A stretch of 64,000 nucleotides of DNA from contig NC_135801.1 of NCBI RefSeq assembly GCF_964213995.1, forward strand, positions 115,072,001 to 115,136,000, read 5' to 3'. The notes under the pieces were generated by a model. The model was not told the DNA's origin. It saw only the letters and a list, made by a program, of their open reading frames with translations, and searched no databases. Positions 60,602 through 64,000 of the stretch are shown in pieces. Source of the stretch: Mustelus asterias (lineage: Eukaryota). Numbering within the stretch: the first letter of the stretch is position 1; the number at the start of each line of letters is the position of its first letter. The translations under genes were made by a program, and so were the position numbers.

Positions 60602-61326
60602 TTCGCAGACTTCACTACCCCCGGTCACTGTTGCCGCCTTGGCAACATGTTTTAGGCACCGTACAGCCACGATTACTCCCTAGTAAAGTGTGCTCTCTAC
60701 CGTAGGGACTTAACTACCCCCGGCCACTATTACTACTCTAGCACCGTGTTTCACTACCATCTCAGGGTTTCAATTTATACTCACGGCTTCCACTATTACC
60801 ACCTCAGCAATGTGCTTCTCCACCAGAGTCCGGCTGTAGGTCAGAGTTGATCAGCTCCTTTTCCGCACCGCTTTACAACATTGACAGTCCAGTACCCAAC
60901 TATACAAACTTTCATGCAAACAGGTGGCAACTTTGTGTTTGTTCGCCACTACAGAGTTTGATGTTAACTGACCTTTGCCACTTGTGCTTCACAATCCTAA
61001 GTGCCCTTGGTGCCTCTACGCCCACTTCAGGTTCCTGACCTTCGCGTGGGGGATTTCCCCTCTTAACAACTGATCTAAGGCTGCGCATTTGAGACAGGCA
61101 CTACCTTGTCCTCTAGTCGGTCAGCACAAGTAACAGTTACTTATCACTATCAGCAGTTAGTACTTATCACTATACCATATACAATCAATACTTATTACTA
61201 TAAATACCCCTTAATTTTAACCCCTTTTAAACTGTATTCTTGACCTCATCTGACTCCCACAGATTCAGTGATCTCTACCCCGGCTTTCCGATTGTGGCCA
61301 ATCGATCAAAACTTACCAGCAATGAG

Positions 61327-61345
61327 ATCCTTGCCGACTACGCCA
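61327..61345 (-). other. Primer-binding site complementary to tRNA-Ser 3' end
   Basis: Minus strand TGGCGTAGTCGGCAAGGAT, 2 nt after the 5' LTR. Vertebrate tRNA-Ser(AGA/TGA) ends ...ATCCTGCCGACTACGCCA; there is one extra base here. Confidence 0.88.
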
Positions 61346-61347
61346 AT

Positions 61348-61949
61348 TGTCGTGGGAAATTTACCACCGGAGTCAGACTTGGAGATTTCAACAATACAGT
61401 TTTATTTCGGACACAAAGCTTTGGGAGAAAGCACTGGTACTCCACAGTACTTGGCAGCTACCTTCTCAATTACACAATGGCAGTTGATCATTTTTATACC
61501 TTTTAGACAATAGGCAGTACGGACACTAGCTGTTTAACACATCGTTATAAGTTGAGTAGACAGATTACAGACATCGGTAGTTGACACATCGTTACAAGCA
61601 GACAGGTACAGACATGGGCAGTTAACATATCATTGTTCATAGAATGGATACATTTCCTCTATCAATGACTGGTTTCGATCTATACAGTCAGTGGCTGATG
61701 TTGTTGCATTTATGTATTTACGTTCCCATCTGTGGCTGACCTTATTATCAGACTTATTGTTCTGGGTCTGCCCTTATCTTAAAGTGCCTCAAGCTCTGAC
61801 TAGCTTCCTGCAGCATTTCGGTTCCTGCATGTTTTAACTTTAAGTAACTGTCTGTGCTAAAAGCCAGTGCCTGTTAATGTCCTTCCCAGGTAACCATTTT
61901 GTGTGCCAGGCAACCATTTTGTGTCCATCACTTTAATTCCCCCACAACA
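61348..61949 (-). repeat. ERV 5' LTR (602 bp)
   Basis: Minus strand TGTTGTGGGGGAATT...TTTCCCACGACA, with TATAAAA at about 61492-61498 and AATAAA at about 61401-61406. Confidence 0.95.
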
Positions 61950-61960
61950 CTAACTAATTT

Positions 61961-62555
61961 CATTCCATCACAAGGTCAGAAATAGGGATATTCGCTGATG
62001 ATTGCACAATGTTCAACACCATTCACAACTCCTGAGATACTGAAGCTGGACATTTCTATATGCAGCAAGACCTGGATAATATCCAGACTTGGGCTCACAA
62101 GTGGAAAGTAACATTCGTGCCACACAGGTGCCAGGCAATTACCATCCCCAATAAGAGAGAATCTAACCATCAACCCCGGACATTCAATTGAATTACCATT
62201 GCTGATTCCCCTACTATCAATATTGTGGGGGGTTACCATTGACCAAAAACTGAACTGTGCTAGCCATATAAATACTGTGGTCACAAGAGCAGGTCAGAGG
62301 CTAGGAATACTGCAATGAGTAACTCACCTCCTGACTCCCCAAAGCCTGTCCACCATCTACAAAGCACAAGTCAAGAGTGTGATGGAATACTCACCACTTG
62401 CCTGGATGAATGCAACTCCAACAATACTCAAGAAGCTTGACACCATCAAGGACAAATAAACCAATTTGTTGGAACCCCATTCACAAATGTTCATTCCCTC
62501 CACCACCAATGCACAGTAGCAGCAGTGTTTTCTGCCTATAAGCTGCACTGCAGGC
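61961..62555 (+). mobile_element. Family-B LINE RT/C-terminal fragment
   Basis: IFADDCTMFNTI...QQDLDNIQTWAHKWKVTFVPHRCQA; collinear with 51435-51970. Confidence 0.8.
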
Positions 62556-62741
62556 ACAGATCAAGTTTCCGGGACAGAATTTCCTACGAGAAATTTTGCG
62601 ACTGTTTGTTAGAGCAAGGATGTGAGAAACATGAGATAATATCAGAGAGTAATATCAAGCTGGACAGAATGTTGGAAAAGATAGCACGAGAATAGGAAAT
62701 AGTAAGTTAATAGGTGGGTAAGAGTGCAAGAGAAAGTAATA

Positions 62742-63659
62742 GGGTGGAATTTTACAAGATTTTTTCTAAGTGTCCAGCTAGTCTGAAATTGGGAGAGTTC
62801 CAGATCCATTCTTTGGGTGAGTTTTCACCCCCAATCTTATGCACTCTATCTCTGAAAAGATGGGCTTGTCAGTTTCTAGCCAGAGAGGCTGTGGGCGGGG
62901 CTTAACTCACCAGGCAGCCTGTAGAGGGATGTATTGCATATGTGCAGACCTCTGATGCTGCACATGCGCATTAACTGTAGAAGGGGTCTGACAGATAGAG
63001 AGTGAGTTGTCAGGCCCCTGCTACTGGAGGCTGCCTCAACTAGCTCCTCCCCTACGATTGCGGCGGCCCACGACCTAAGGTGAAGCCCCTGCTGCTCCCC
63101 TGCCTCCCAAACCGTCACCCAGATCGATTTCGACCCTGCCGCCCAGACTGATCGCGGCCCCCTCCCTCCGTCAGCGATCACATGCGGAGTGGCAATGGGT
63201 CCCCCTCACCCCATTGGCCCCGCCCCTTGGCACTGCTACTGTTTATTGCCCAGATGCCCACTGGGCATTGCCCAGGTGCCAGGTGGCACTGCCAGTCTGG
63301 CACTGTCCTGCCTTGCACTCGGCCTCCCCGGGGGGCCTCAATGGCCTCCGGTTCCACTGGCGAGGCCAACATGGCTGTTCCCTGTTCACGGAGACCGGGG
63401 GTTTTCCTCACCAGAAGAACCTCTCTCGGCGAGGCCATAAATGCAAGCGAGCCCAGACAATTGAGTGCCGGGCTCACTAAACACATTGAAATGAGCATAT
63501 ACCTAAACTTACATAAATTAATCAGCCATTTTCCAGCGAGAGGCTGACCACGCTGGAAATCTGTGACAGGCGCGAACGCCAGCACCATTCACGCTGGCCG
63601 CTTTCTGCCCGATTTTACAGCATTTCCCCGCCACGTAAAGTGGCCGTAAAATTCTGCTC
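62742..63659. mobile_element. GC-rich non-autonomous DNA transposon (Harbinger-type TIRs), tentative
   Basis: GGGTGGAATTTTAC...GTAAAATTCTGCTC imperfect terminal inverted repeats, and internal GGCACTGCC/TGCCA repeats. Confidence 0.5.
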
Positions 63660-63990
63660 ATTGAGTCTAAGTCAGGGTTACTATGCATGTATGTGAATGC
63701 AAGGAGCATGGTAAATAAGATTGGTGAATTACAGGTGAAGATTGCCATGTGGAAATATGACGTTGTGGTGATGACAGAGACCTCCCTCAAAGAAGGGCAG
63801 GACTTGGAGTTAAATCTTCGGGTGTTAATTATTCCTGAATACAAAATGTTCAGGAAAGATTGGAAAGGAAGAAAAGGAGGAGGAATCGTGGTATTAAGGA
63901 AAGCACTGCAGTGCTGGAGAGGATATCTTTCCCTCAATGGTTGCCTTATCAATCGAGGCATAAACTACAAAAACAGGGACGTCATGTTGG
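63660..63990 (+). mobile_element. CR1 ORF2 N-terminal (AP endonuclease) fragment
   Basis: LCMYVNARSMVNKIGELQ...YDVVVMTETSLKEGQD...YKMFRKDWKGRKGGGIVV. Confidence 0.75.
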
Positions 63991-64000
63991 AGTTATATAG

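Larger units (their letters stand above)
55752..61949 (-). mobile_element. Endogenous retrovirus (LTR-PBS-gag-[no pol]-env-PPT-LTR), 6.2 kb, 5-bp TSD CTAAC
   Basis: Two ~0.6-kb direct repeats with TG...CA ends, CTAAC at 55747-55751 and 61950-61954, PBS, PPT, and gag and env remnants. Confidence 0.95.

Noticed and set aside
62876-63588. Overlapping GC-rich ORFs
   Set aside because: They are open in several frames because of high GC in a probable non-autonomous transposon, and no protein motif is recognisable.
1-64000. Gsx or Cdx homeobox exons or pseudogene remnants
   Set aside because: No second WFQNRR- or ELEKEF-type sequence in the ORF track or seen by eye. Very decayed remnants cannot be excluded.

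Overview
Repeat-rich, intron-containing vertebrate genomic DNA, very probably from a cartilaginous fish (shark). This rests on HE1/V-SINE-like SINEs, CR1 LINEs, hammerhead-bearing Penelope elements and a second Pdx paralogue. The only host gene I can support is a two-exon ParaHox homeobox gene (39587-39905 + 43109-43488, + strand, 232 aa) best called Pdx2. It is flanked by transposon-poor, probably regulatory, islands. The rest is mostly retroelements: CR1, L2, RTE, Rex/Babar and Tx1 LINE fragments, two SINE groups, Harbinger relics, and Penelope-like elements (PLEs) with inverted 5' ends, clear target-site duplications (TSDs) and minimal hammerhead ribozymes. Two features stand out. The first is a full-length-bounded provirus (55752-61949, - strand) with about 97% identical LTRs, a 5-bp TSD, a tRNA-Ser primer-binding site, and gag and env but no recognisable pol. 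The second is a ~300-nt element (54566-54865) built from several re-folded U2 snRNA-derived modules. All family assignments are from motif recognition, with no database search, and boundaries of old repeats are approximate.
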